DNA from: Patescibacteria group bacterium | GTDB lineage: Bacteria > Patescibacteriota > Patescibacteriia > UBA10025 | Length of the DNA stretch: 64,000 nt | Assembly (NCBI GenBank): GCA_042570925.1 | Contig: JBHPFX010000005.1 | Span: 4,969-68,968, forward strand | Direction: 5' to 3' | The notes under the pieces: generated by a model | The model's input: only the letters and a program-made list of their open reading frames with translations | Told to the model about the DNA's origin: nothing | Database searches by the model: none | Shown: positions 51,203-59,239 of the stretch, piece by piece | Layout: every line of letters begins with the position of its first letter | How positions within the stretch are numbered: the stretch's first letter is position 1 | Made by a program: the position numbers and the translations under genes

Positions 51203-52267
51203 TTGAAACGGCTCATTACCATAGTCATTTGCGGAGTTGTTTTTTATGGCTGCGCATCGCATAAGGTATGCAACGAATCCCTTACGGACCAGATGTATAT
51301 TCACCAGCAGGTCCAACGTGAATTAGACTCGCTCGAAGCATTTACCCGGGATACATTGGCGGTATTATCAGAACGGCTGACTACGACGGACAGCCTTGCT
51401 CGGGAAAACGCTTTTCGATTCCGCGAGTATCGTCGCAACCTTGCTACGTACGCGATTCCTGACACTGTGTATTTCTGCGGGCAGAGCTTTATCTTCGACA
51501 ACTCGGATAAAAGGGAGCGGCTCGAAAAAGAGTTTCTTCTGCTCGTGAGTAATCAGGCACAGCTTCTTCTGTATTTTCGGAGGAGTGAAGAGTTTTTTCC
51601 TATCATTGAGAGAAAGCTCAACGAAGCGGGAATGCCTGACGATCTCAAGTACGTGGCGGTGATCGAATCCGCGCTGAAGACAAGAGCCATGTCATATGCT
51701 GGAGCAAGCGGCCCATGGCAATTTCGTGCCGGCACTGCCAGAGAGCAGGGGATTAAGTCCACTGGTCAGGTGGACATGCGCAGAGACATCGAAATGTCTA
51801 CTCAGGCCGCGATCGACAAGTTCAATGACCTTATCGAGCAATTCGGTGACTGGGCACTTGCGCTCGCAGCGTACAACATGGGCGAAAACGGATTGGTGCG
51901 AAGGATGAAAGAGCAGGGAGTCACAGATTACTTTGATCTGTGGCTACCACAGGAGACAGAAGCGTATTTGTTTCGGGCGATCGTGGTCAAGCTCATATTC
52001 GAGAATCCCGGACACTACGGAATCTTGCTCGATCAACGGACATACTGGGAAAGAGTCCAGAAGGACACGATCACGGTCACATTCCGGTCGGGACTCAATG
52101 TCAAGCGCGTCGCTGACTGGTGCGAATCGACATTCCGCGAAATCAAGCTTCTCAATCCAGAAGTAACGAAGGATGCGTGGGGGAGCGGAACGTTTACGAT
52201 CAAGCTTCCCTTTGGCACCCGCCAGCTATTCGAACAGGGACTCGCAGATCTGAAAAGAAAGAAATAA
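51203..52267 (+). CDS. Lipoprotein lytic transglycosylase (SLT domain, MltD-like)
   Basis: GAGGAGGA followed by a TTG start. Lipobox 'VFYGC'. The catalytic region 'VAVIESALK', 'SGPWQF' and 'ALAAYNMGENG'. Confidence 0.8.
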   Translation: MKRLITIVICGVVFYGCASHKVCNESLTDQMYIHQQVQRELDSLEAFTRDTLAVLSERLTTTDSLARENAFRFREYRRNLATYAIPDTVYFCGQSFIFDNSDKRERLEKEFLLLVSNQAQLLLYFRRSEEFFPIIERKLNEAGMPDDLKYVAVIESALKTRAMSYAGASGPWQFRAGTAREQGIKSTGQVDMRRDIEMSTQAAIDKFNDLIEQFGDWALALAAYNMGENGLVRRMKEQGVTDYFDLWLPQETEAYLFRAIVVKLIFENPGHYGILLDQRTYWERVQKDTITVTFRSGLNVKRVADWCESTFREIKLLNPEVTKDAWGSGTFTIKLPFGTRQLFEQGLADLKRKK

Positions 52268-52289
52268 CTTGCACAAAAGGAAGCCAACA

Positions 52290-52325
52290 ACCCACCGGGT
52301 TATCCGATCCGGTGGGTGGTTTTTT
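52290..52325 (+). terminator. Intrinsic terminator after the SLT gene
   Basis: A 9-bp stem acccaccgg/ccggtgggt followed by T6. Confidence 0.75.
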
Positions 52326-52331
52326 ATTGAC
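52310..52331 (+). repeat. Direct repeat 'cggtgggtggttttttattgac', right copy
   Basis: It forms the 3' half of the SLT-gene terminator and runs into the next -35 box. Confidence 0.7.
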
Positions 52332-52356
52332 AGGAGGGGGAGGAGGGGAGTAAAAT
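52327..52356 (+). promoter_or_regulatory. Promoter TTGACA-N18-TAAAAT for the 52416.. operon
   Basis: It sits immediately after the terminator T-run. The spacer is purine-rich. Confidence 0.45.
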
Positions 52357-52415
52357 TATAGCGCCGTCCCAATATATAGCGACGGCTGTGAATAGCCTGT
52401 TGATAACAAATAGAT

Positions 52416-53432
52416 ATGTCAAAAAAGAGAAGCAAAATAGGGCTAATCTTTTGTGGAGGTTCTGGGATCAAAGCATCCACAGGTAAGATTCTTGAGGTAA
52501 AAGAAAAGGAAGATATCCAATATTGGCTTAAAGAACTCCCAGAAATTGGTATTATTGGAGATATTGAGCCGTATTTTGTTTTTGGGGATGATGCATCAGA
52601 AGTAACTCCGGAAATATGGAAGAAACTAGTAAGAGCTGTTAAAGAAATATATGAAGATGTTGACGGGATAGTAATCACTCATGGGATTGATACAATAATC
52701 TACACCGGTTCGATGCTGTCGTTCATGCTTCAGAATCTTGGAAAGCCAGTAGTGATTACCAGCTCGCCGCTTTTTAAAGAAATGAAATCTCCCGCAGAGC
52801 TCGAGGGACTTATTTATGATTACCGTAATCTGGGTGTGCGCGCAAATCTCATTAATGCATTTCAAGTTGCCACAATGGATATTGCCGAAGTAGTTATTAT
52901 GCAGGGTAACCGAGTGCTTCGTGCCAACCAGACAATCAATAGTGTTTCACCATCGATTAATGTATTTCAGGAATATGCAGAAGGACTGCTTGGGAAAATA
53001 GATTTTGGTATTAAGCTATTTGATCACGTAAAAAAAAGATCAAAAGGAAGGCTGAAAGTCGATAAAAAAATTCATGATGAAGTTTCAACGTTCAGACTTG
53101 ATCCAACATCACAAGGTGAGCAGCTTGGTAATCTTATTGCGAAAGATAATCAAGCATTGCTTATTCGATCGTATAGTACAAATCTCTTTCCGAACTCCTT
53201 CAAGCCATATTTACACCTTGCTACTGAAAAGGGAATTCCGATAGTAGCTTACTCTCTTCATGCTCCCGAGAAAAAGAAAGAGAGGAAGGAATACATTGTG
53301 GTGAATAATATGACGTATGAGGCAACGCTGACCAAATATCTTTGGGCGCTCGGAAAATCAAATAAACCGGATAAGATTCGTGAGTTATTGTATAGAAATA
53401 TTTCCGGGGAAATAAGGGAAACAAATATATGA
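52416..53432 (+). CDS. L-asparaginase type I (AnsA/GatD-family) homologue with substituted catalytic residues
   Basis: The protein is collinear with AnsA as I recall it: 'VITHGIDTIIYTGSMLSFMLQNLGKPVVITSS' and 'MTYEATLTKYLWAL'. However, TGGTIG is 'CGGSGI', HGTDT is 'HGIDT', and the Lys after 'RxNxT' is absent. Confidence 0.7.
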   Translation: MSKKRSKIGLIFCGGSGIKASTGKILEVKEKEDIQYWLKELPEIGIIGDIEPYFVFGDDASEVTPEIWKKLVRAVKEIYEDVDGIVITHGIDTIIYTGSMLSFMLQNLGKPVVITSSPLFKEMKSPAELEGLIYDYRNLGVRANLINAFQVATMDIAEVVIMQGNRVLRANQTINSVSPSINVFQEYAEGLLGKIDFGIKLFDHVKKRSKGRLKVDKKIHDEVSTFRLDPTSQGEQLGNLIAKDNQALLIRSYSTNLFPNSFKPYLHLATEKGIPIVAYSLHAPEKKKERKEYIVVNNMTYEATLTKYLWALGKSNKPDKIRELLYRNISGEIRETNI

Positions 53433-54016
53433 GAGTATTTGTCCACTCGACCCTTAATCATAAAGAGTCATTAAAACAATCATATCGACGAATTGTTGAG
53501 TTGTTACAGGAAGCCGGCGTTACCGTGATTTCTAATCATGATAAAGAAGGAAGGGCGGATATTACAAAGACAGAAATTGAGCGAATGAGTGATTCAGGTG
53601 AGAATCTCATTGATAAAATGGATGGTATTATCATAGAAGCATCCATTTCTGACGCAGAAATAGGGTATTTGCTTGCGTATGCAATTGCACAGAAAAAGCC
53701 TGTTTTATACCTATATCAGAAGAATTCAGGAGCAAAAAAGGTCATTTCGTATTTTACGGGAGAAAAAGTGCCGGAGACCGTTTTTATGAAGTCGTATGAG
53801 CTGGATGATCTTCAAGATATAATACTTCAATTCTTGGAAAGGATCGAAACAGGGGAGAATCGAGATATCCCATCCATTAAATTTACCCTTCGTATCACCC
53901 CGAAGATTGAGAGATATTTAACTCGTAAGGCCAAGCAGACGAAGACGAGTAAGGCGGATTTCTTAAGGGAGAAGATTATTAAGAAGTATATGGAGGGGGA
54001 GACTAATAAGGAATAA
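53429..54016 (+). CDS. Nucleoside 2-deoxyribosyltransferase-like (SLOG-type Rossmann) domain fused to a C-terminal ribbon-helix-helix
   Basis: 'DGIIIEASISDAEIGYLLAYAIAQKKPVLYLY' parallels the NDT motif 'D.G...E.GyAyA.GKPV'. The C-terminus 'IKFTLRITPKIERYLTRKAKQTKTSKADFLREKII' has an RHH pattern. ATGA overlap with the upstream gene. Confidence 0.5.
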   Translation: MRVFVHSTLNHKESLKQSYRRIVELLQEAGVTVISNHDKEGRADITKTEIERMSDSGENLIDKMDGIIIEASISDAEIGYLLAYAIAQKKPVLYLYQKNSGAKKVISYFTGEKVPETVFMKSYELDDLQDIILQFLERIETGENRDIPSIKFTLRITPKIERYLTRKAKQTKTSKADFLREKIIKKYMEGETNKE

Positions 54017-54020
54017 ATAT

Positions 54021-55418
54021 ATGGAAATCGTTAAATGTTTAGATATATTAGCTGCAATTGTATACATCACTTTAACAATTTTAGTTATTAAAAAAAGGAA
54101 ACCAACTAGAGCATATAGGCGATATATAGGTTTTATTATTTCGGGAGCATTATGGGTAATCATTGGAGTTTTCGAAAGTTCAAATTTACGTTTTAATCCA
54201 GAGAGTAATTTACTTATCTCAAAGATTGATTTTGCATTAGCTTCATTAATCTCCTACTTTATTGCGCTTTTTGCATTGCATTTCCCACGAGAAAATATCA
54301 AATTAACAAAAAAGTTTGAGATTCTGCTTTTTATTCCAATTTTAATCGCGATATTCCTTTCTGTGTCAGGTAAAATATTTGGTTATAATGAGGGTGAGCT
54401 AATTTATTCGTTTACCCCGTATTTTATTTATTTCACAATCATTTTCATTTACTTTATTCCATTAGCATTATTTGTTTTTATAAAGAAATTTCGGAGTTCG
54501 GAGGGAATTATAAAGATACAGCTCCAATATATTATTTTGGGGTACCTAATTTCGATTGCCGCCGGCCTGTTGTTAAGTGCGTTTTTTGCCATTAATACAC
54601 GAGGAACTTTCTATTTTGGGATAGCTTATATTATCACTTTGGCTTTTGCATTTGGAAGTACTTACGCAATGATTCGGTATAGATTTCTTGATATAAGACT
54701 AGCTTTACAGAAGGGTGTCGTACAACTTTTAACTTTTGGTATCCTATTCGGAATATATACATATGTTATTTTGCTATTTCAACAAAGTGTGAGAAGTAAT
54801 GTAGATATTTCTAGTAAAACAACTTTACTAATCGCTGTGTTAATAATTGTAATAACAATCGAACCTCTTCGAAGATTAATCTATCGAAAAGTTGATAAAT
54901 TATTCTCAAGCAAAGAAAATGAAAATCTAAGGGTTCTTGAAAGAGTTCGACTAGCTTCTAATTCCACATCCCAGTTTGGCGAGATGGTAGAGAGAGTAAT
55001 TACGGAGATTAAAGCAGTGTTTGGAAGAGATGTTTCTTTATTTTTTGAAAATGAGAGAAAACAAGGATTTATACAATTATCCGGTAATCAGAAAATTGAT
55101 TCCAGTGATCCAATTTACTTATATCTAAAATTGGGGAGAGTTCTTGTTGCAGAGGAACTACCCTATCGAATAGAAGAAGGGGATGATTCTTTACAGCCTA
55201 TATTGGAAAACATGAAGAGCAACAAATTATCCCTCATTATGCCCATAGGGTCAGGAGATGATCTCTTGGGCGCATTTGTTTTTACAAATAGAGAAAAAGC
55301 TAAAACTTTTTCAAGTGACGAAATTCAGCTTATTAAGAAATTTAGTGATCAGATCACAATTCCATTCGCAAATGCACTTGCCTATAAGCACGCGGTTGAG
55401 AGGATAACAAGTAAGTAA
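54021..55418 (+). CDS. Polytopic sensor-like membrane protein (HisKA_7TM-like module plus GAF-like domain), no kinase domain; paralogue 1
   Basis: About 9 hydrophobic helices. The hallmark 'YAMIRYRFLDIRLALQKG' is shared with the kinase at 59236. The C-terminal roughly 150 aa are GAF-like. The protein ends without an output domain. Confidence 0.65.
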   Translation: MEIVKCLDILAAIVYITLTILVIKKRKPTRAYRRYIGFIISGALWVIIGVFESSNLRFNPESNLLISKIDFALASLISYFIALFALHFPRENIKLTKKFEILLFIPILIAIFLSVSGKIFGYNEGELIYSFTPYFIYFTIIFIYFIPLALFVFIKKFRSSEGIIKIQLQYIILGYLISIAAGLLLSAFFAINTRGTFYFGIAYIITLAFAFGSTYAMIRYRFLDIRLALQKGVVQLLTFGILFGIYTYVILLFQQSVRSNVDISSKTTLLIAVLIIVITIEPLRRLIYRKVDKLFSSKENENLRVLERVRLASNSTSQFGEMVERVITEIKAVFGRDVSLFFENERKQGFIQLSGNQKIDSSDPIYLYLKLGRVLVAEELPYRIEEGDDSLQPILENMKSNKLSLIMPIGSGDDLLGAFVFTNREKAKTFSSDEIQLIKKFSDQITIPFANALAYKHAVERITSK

Positions 55419-55425
55419 AGATAAT

Positions 55426-56820
55426 ATGCAAATTCTATTGACTATAGCGGCAGTTATCAACACAATTCTTGCGCTCGTAGTATTGCTAAAAGCAAAGAAC
55501 AAAATTCAGCGCGTATTTTCATATCTTGTATTTCTTATTGTCATATGGATAGTAGTAAACTATATCTATTTTTTGCATCCAGAGTACCCATTTGTAAATC
55601 TTAGTTACACAATAGGAGCGTTTCTTATTTGGATGATATTTTACTGGATTTACCTATTTAGTAAGGTGCGTCTTTCGATATGGGTGCACATAAGCGCTGG
55701 ACTTCTTTCAGTTATTAGTGCGATTGTTACGTTACTTCCGGACCGATTTCTTTCCTTCCACCTTGATATTTCAAGATTCGGAGTTGGAATTTCAAAAGGG
55801 GACTTATATCCTGTGTTTGCCGTTTTCTCAACTGCAATTTTTGTCGCAGCGCTAGTATTACTTGTTCTCGCGTACAAGCGGTCTACAGGGATTGAGCGTT
55901 TGCAGTCGCGCTATGTATTGTTTGGGTTTGGAGCTCCAATTATGATAGTGATTATTGTTGACTTTATATTACCGTTTGTAGGTTTGTTGTGGATCGTAAA
56001 TCTAGATAGCATGACTTCGTTTATTTTTGCCGGATTTATCGCATATGCTATTAATCGGTATCGATTTTTTGATATTAAAATAATACTACGCAAAGGTGTT
56101 ATTCAATTGTTTACTTATGCTATTCTTTTTGCGATTTATGCCTACATAGTTATCATCTTGCAAAGATTAGTGATATTAGAGAAGGGTTTAAGCGATCAAA
56201 CAACGCTTATTCTGGCGGTGCTTACTATCGGTCTTACTGCTGAGCCGTTAAGAAGACTTATCTATAGCTGGATTGAAAAACTATTTATTGGAAGGAAAAA
56301 GAATGAGAATGAATCGCTGAAACGGCTCGAAATCATATCCCGATCGAATGCACAGTACGAAGAAATTCTTCAAGAAACATTCCAAGAAATGCAAAAAGCC
56401 GTTGATGGTTATGATGTAATTCTCTATAGACGCGATGACAGGGCAAATACATATATAAGTTTATTGAGCCAGGAAGAGTCTCTCACGCTAAATGAAGCTG
56501 TCATAAACTTTATGCAGAGGAGGATGGAATTTCTTGTTGCCGATGAAATCCCATATCAGTTATATCGATTTAGCAATGACGAGCAAATGTTATTAAAATC
56601 TTCTCACAGGTTATTAGAAGACAGAAAGATAAAGGCAATACTGCCGTTTGGGATAGAGGGAAATTTAATAGCATTCGCATTTCTCAAAGCAAAATCAAAG
56701 CGAGATGTGCTATTTAGAGAACAAATCGGGTACTTAAAGAAAATTCATGGGGTTGCGAATAATGCTTTGGTGCAGGCGGATATGTATAAGAGGGCTCTTG
56801 AAAGAGCCATTACAAGTTAA
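55426..56820 (+). CDS. Polytopic sensor-like membrane protein (HisKA_7TM-like module plus GAF-like domain), no kinase domain; paralogue 2
   Basis: Same architecture as paralogue 1, with 'YAINRYRFFDIKIILRKG'. It starts 7 nt after paralogue 1. Confidence 0.65.
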   Translation: MQILLTIAAVINTILALVVLLKAKNKIQRVFSYLVFLIVIWIVVNYIYFLHPEYPFVNLSYTIGAFLIWMIFYWIYLFSKVRLSIWVHISAGLLSVISAIVTLLPDRFLSFHLDISRFGVGISKGDLYPVFAVFSTAIFVAALVLLVLAYKRSTGIERLQSRYVLFGFGAPIMIVIIVDFILPFVGLLWIVNLDSMTSFIFAGFIAYAINRYRFFDIKIILRKGVIQLFTYAILFAIYAYIVIILQRLVILEKGLSDQTTLILAVLTIGLTAEPLRRLIYSWIEKLFIGRKKNENESLKRLEIISRSNAQYEEILQETFQEMQKAVDGYDVILYRRDDRANTYISLLSQEESLTLNEAVINFMQRRMEFLVADEIPYQLYRFSNDEQMLLKSSHRLLEDRKIKAILPFGIEGNLIAFAFLKAKSKRDVLFREQIGYLKKIHGVANNALVQADMYKRALERAITS

Positions 56821-57277
56821 TCGAGATTCAGAGATACCAACACCAGTTAATTGCACTGATGAGCGAGATTAAAATCTTGTTTTTTGATATAATTACTTCA
56901 ACAAGGAACGATTCTAGATAGAAAACGACGGCGCATAAGAAAGCTTTTTTTCTCTTAATGTGTTTCCCCCCGCTAAGTTAATCGGTGGATTCGTCTTAGC
57001 CATCGCTACAAAGCGCTGTCGGAAAAAATAGTGTATAAGTATGTCAAAAACCCAAAACAGCTCATTCTAACTTGATCCCTTGATATTATTGGGATCTCCG
57101 AGAGGAGGTGTGTAGGCAGGTACCTGGCAGTACCAACCTGTTTGGGAAAATTTTTCGTGGGCTTTTTCTCAAACTAGGTAAGTCTGAACATTGTCAACTG
57201 ACACTGAACGACTCTGACAGATGATCGTAGAGGTATCAATCCGTAACCAACGGCCAAAGCAAGAAAGGTTGAGAATC

Positions 57278-57638
57278 ATGAAATGGATGAAACAAGTGGG
57301 CATTGCGCTCGCAATTATGGCATGCTTTGCTGCCGCAGTCCTGGTGGTGGGGTGTGGGGAACATTCTGTGGAGCCAACGAGAACTTCAGAGAGCCAGCTG
57401 TCTCATCTCCAGCTCGTTGAGGGCGAGAATATTCCGCTGGCTTACGAGAGATGGGTACACACTGAAAGAAGTTAAGGGCCCGGGAGGATTTGAAAGTAGA
57501 ATATATATAGTGGCTGAAAAGTATATCTACAGCATCATTTATGGCACACCTGATGAAAATATGATTCATGCAGTCCCTGAAGATTTTGAAGTTGAAGTCT
57601 TGGAAATACTTGATACTTGGGAGTTTACTTCTCCATAA
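57278..57638 (+). pseudogene. Small lipoprotein gene split by a frameshift
   Basis: Frame A (ATG 57278) encodes a signal peptide and lipobox 'LVVGCGE' and stops at 57473..57475. Frame B is open across that stop and continues to 57638 ('DGYTLKEVKGPGG...'). The segment is GC-richer than its flanks. Confidence 0.4.
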
Positions 57639-57714
57639 GCAAAGTAAGTGAGTTGTGAGGTTTAATGCTGAATAGCCGGCCTTAATTAGGAAATAGTAAA
57701 TCGATTACTTTAAG

Positions 57715-57741
57715 AAGCTTGCGCTTAATGCAGGCTTTTTT
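57715..57741 (+). terminator. Intrinsic terminator after the frameshifted lipoprotein gene
   Basis: 'aagcttgc-gcttaat-gcaggctt' followed by a T-run. Confidence 0.6.
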
Positions 57742-57794
57742 GTTTATAGAAAAAAGTTGACAAAAAGTGAATAAATTGGGAAATGCAGGGTGAC

Positions 57795-57823
57795 TTGAAA
57801 ATAGTTCGGATTTATGGTATGGT
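57795..57823 (+). promoter_or_regulatory. Promoter TTGAAA-N17-TATGGT (with TGn extension) for the acyltransferase-methyltransferase-kinase operon
   Basis: Read directly from the sequence. It lies about 46 nt upstream of the ATG at 57870 and after the terminator at 57715..57741. Confidence 0.5.
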
Positions 57824-57869
57824 AAGGTCGACTAAAATAAATTAACAAGCTAAATCAAACTACATATAA

Positions 57870-58535
57870 ATGAATTGGCTTAGAAAGAAGGCAATTGATA
57901 TATATTTATTCATAAATTTGAGGCGACCTTTTAAAAAGTATCGCATAGTGAAGGCAGAATCTGACGATATGATAAAAAAAGTATATAAACTTCGATATGA
58001 GATTTATTGCAATGAAGTTAAGCTATTAAATGGGGAGGAATGTAATGATAGAGTAGAGAGCGATGAATTTGATATTCATTCGATACACCTTGCTGTTCTT
58101 GATAGAAAGAATGAAGTTGTAGGAACAGTCAGATTAATAAAAAACTCTATCTTAGGTTTACCAACAATTAACGAATTTAAATTATCTGAAAGACTGGAAA
58201 AAGTTAACAAAGAAAAAACACTCGAAATATCTCGATTTATGGTAAAAAAGAATTTTCGAAAAACAATGCTGATGGTTGATATGTGCAAGGCAGTTTATCA
58301 GTATACAAAACAAAACGATTATCATTACATGCTAGGTTGTGCAGAGAAGTGGTTCATAATATCAATGAATCAATTATTTGGACCACTCAACGTTATTGGT
58401 GATCCAAAGTTTTGTTTTAATGCAATGAATCATCCTTTTATATTAGGGGTCGAGGAGGCTGAAAGAAATAATCGTAAGATAAGTAAAGTTCTTCACAAGT
58501 ACTTTAGTGAATCGTCTGGTAATATTGAGATCTAA
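57870..58535 (+). CDS. LuxI/FeeM-like N-acyl transferase (autoinducer-synthase / N-acyl amino acid synthase fold, GNAT-related)
   Basis: 'VYKLRYEIYCNEV', 'ESDEFD' (E-x-D-x-x-D), 'HSIHL', 'GTVRLI' and 'LEISRFMV' line up with the conserved core of acyl-HSL synthases and of PF13444-type N-acyl amino acid / OlsB-like synthases. Confidence 0.65.
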   Translation: MNWLRKKAIDIYLFINLRRPFKKYRIVKAESDDMIKKVYKLRYEIYCNEVKLLNGEECNDRVESDEFDIHSIHLAVLDRKNEVVGTVRLIKNSILGLPTINEFKLSERLEKVNKEKTLEISRFMVKKNFRKTMLMVDMCKAVYQYTKQNDYHYMLGCAEKWFIISMNQLFGPLNVIGDPKFCFNAMNHPFILGVEEAERNNRKISKVLHKYFSESSGNIEI

Positions 58536-58540
58536 TAAAT

Positions 58541-59239
58541 ATGAACTTCTGGTCTAAGTATCATGAGGTGTATGACAAATTTCTTTCCATTTCACCAACT
58601 TATCAACTGTTAGCTTCACAAGTAATTAAAGCAGCCAGTATTAAAAAAAATGACAAAGTTCTTGATGCTGGTTGTGGGACCGGCTATATAACGAAAAAAG
58701 TGGCTGAAACCACTCCAAATGTAACTAGTGTTGATAATTCCAGTGCAGCTTTGGATTTTGTTCGGCGAACAGTTCCTGTTGCAAAAGTTTTTAAACAAGA
58801 TCTATCTAAGCAACTTAATCTTGAAAGTGATTATTTCGATTGCGTAATTTGCGTAAACGCCCTATACACTCTCAATAAAGGTGTTCTAGATAATACATTT
58901 AGAGAATTCTCGCGCATATTAAAGAATGGAGGCTTATTAATTATTACTGATCCAGGAGTTGGCTTCAGTAATATGAAGATATTTTATTCTGATATGAAGA
59001 TAATTTTTAATCAAACAGGTTTTCGACATTTACTAGGAATTCTTAGAATGAATTTAGTATTATATCTCAAATTGATGATTTATAATATAATCATTGATCT
59101 AAAAGATGCTCAGGGTAAATATACCTTTTTTACGGAGAATAAATATATAGAGCTCTTAAATAAAAATAATTTTAGTATACTTTTAATGAAGAAATCTTAT
59201 TCTGATCAGAATATTTTTGCAATAGCAAAAAATAAATGA
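58541..59239 (+). CDS. Class I SAM-dependent methyltransferase
   Basis: Motif I '[12 protein letters not shown]', 'VICVNALY' and '[12 protein letters not shown]'. It starts 5 nt after the acyltransferase. Confidence 0.85.
   Translation: MNFWSKYHEVYDKFLSISPTYQLLASQVIKAASIKKNDKVLDAGCGTGYITKKVAETTPNVTSVDNSSAALDFVRRTVPVAKVFKQDLSKQLNLESDYFDCVICVNALYTLNKGVLDNTFREFSRILKNGGLLIITDPGVGFSNMKIFYSDMKIIFNQTGFRHLLGILRMNLVLYLKLMIYNIIIDLKDAQGKYTFFTENKYIELLNKNNFSILLMKKSYSDQNIFAIAKNK

Noticed and set aside
48983-52331. Prophage, integron or transposon annotation for the GC-richer islands.
   Set aside because: No integrase, transposase, attC-like sites, phage structural genes or clear target-site duplications are visible. 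I report only compositional and SD evidence plus the direct repeats, as findings rather than as a mobile-element feature.
57100-57225. Small ORF following 'GAGAGGAGG' (GTG start, about 41 codons).
   Set aside because: The putative GTG overlaps the SD itself with no spacing, and the peptide has no features. The G-rich stretch is more likely part of the structured, foreign segment.
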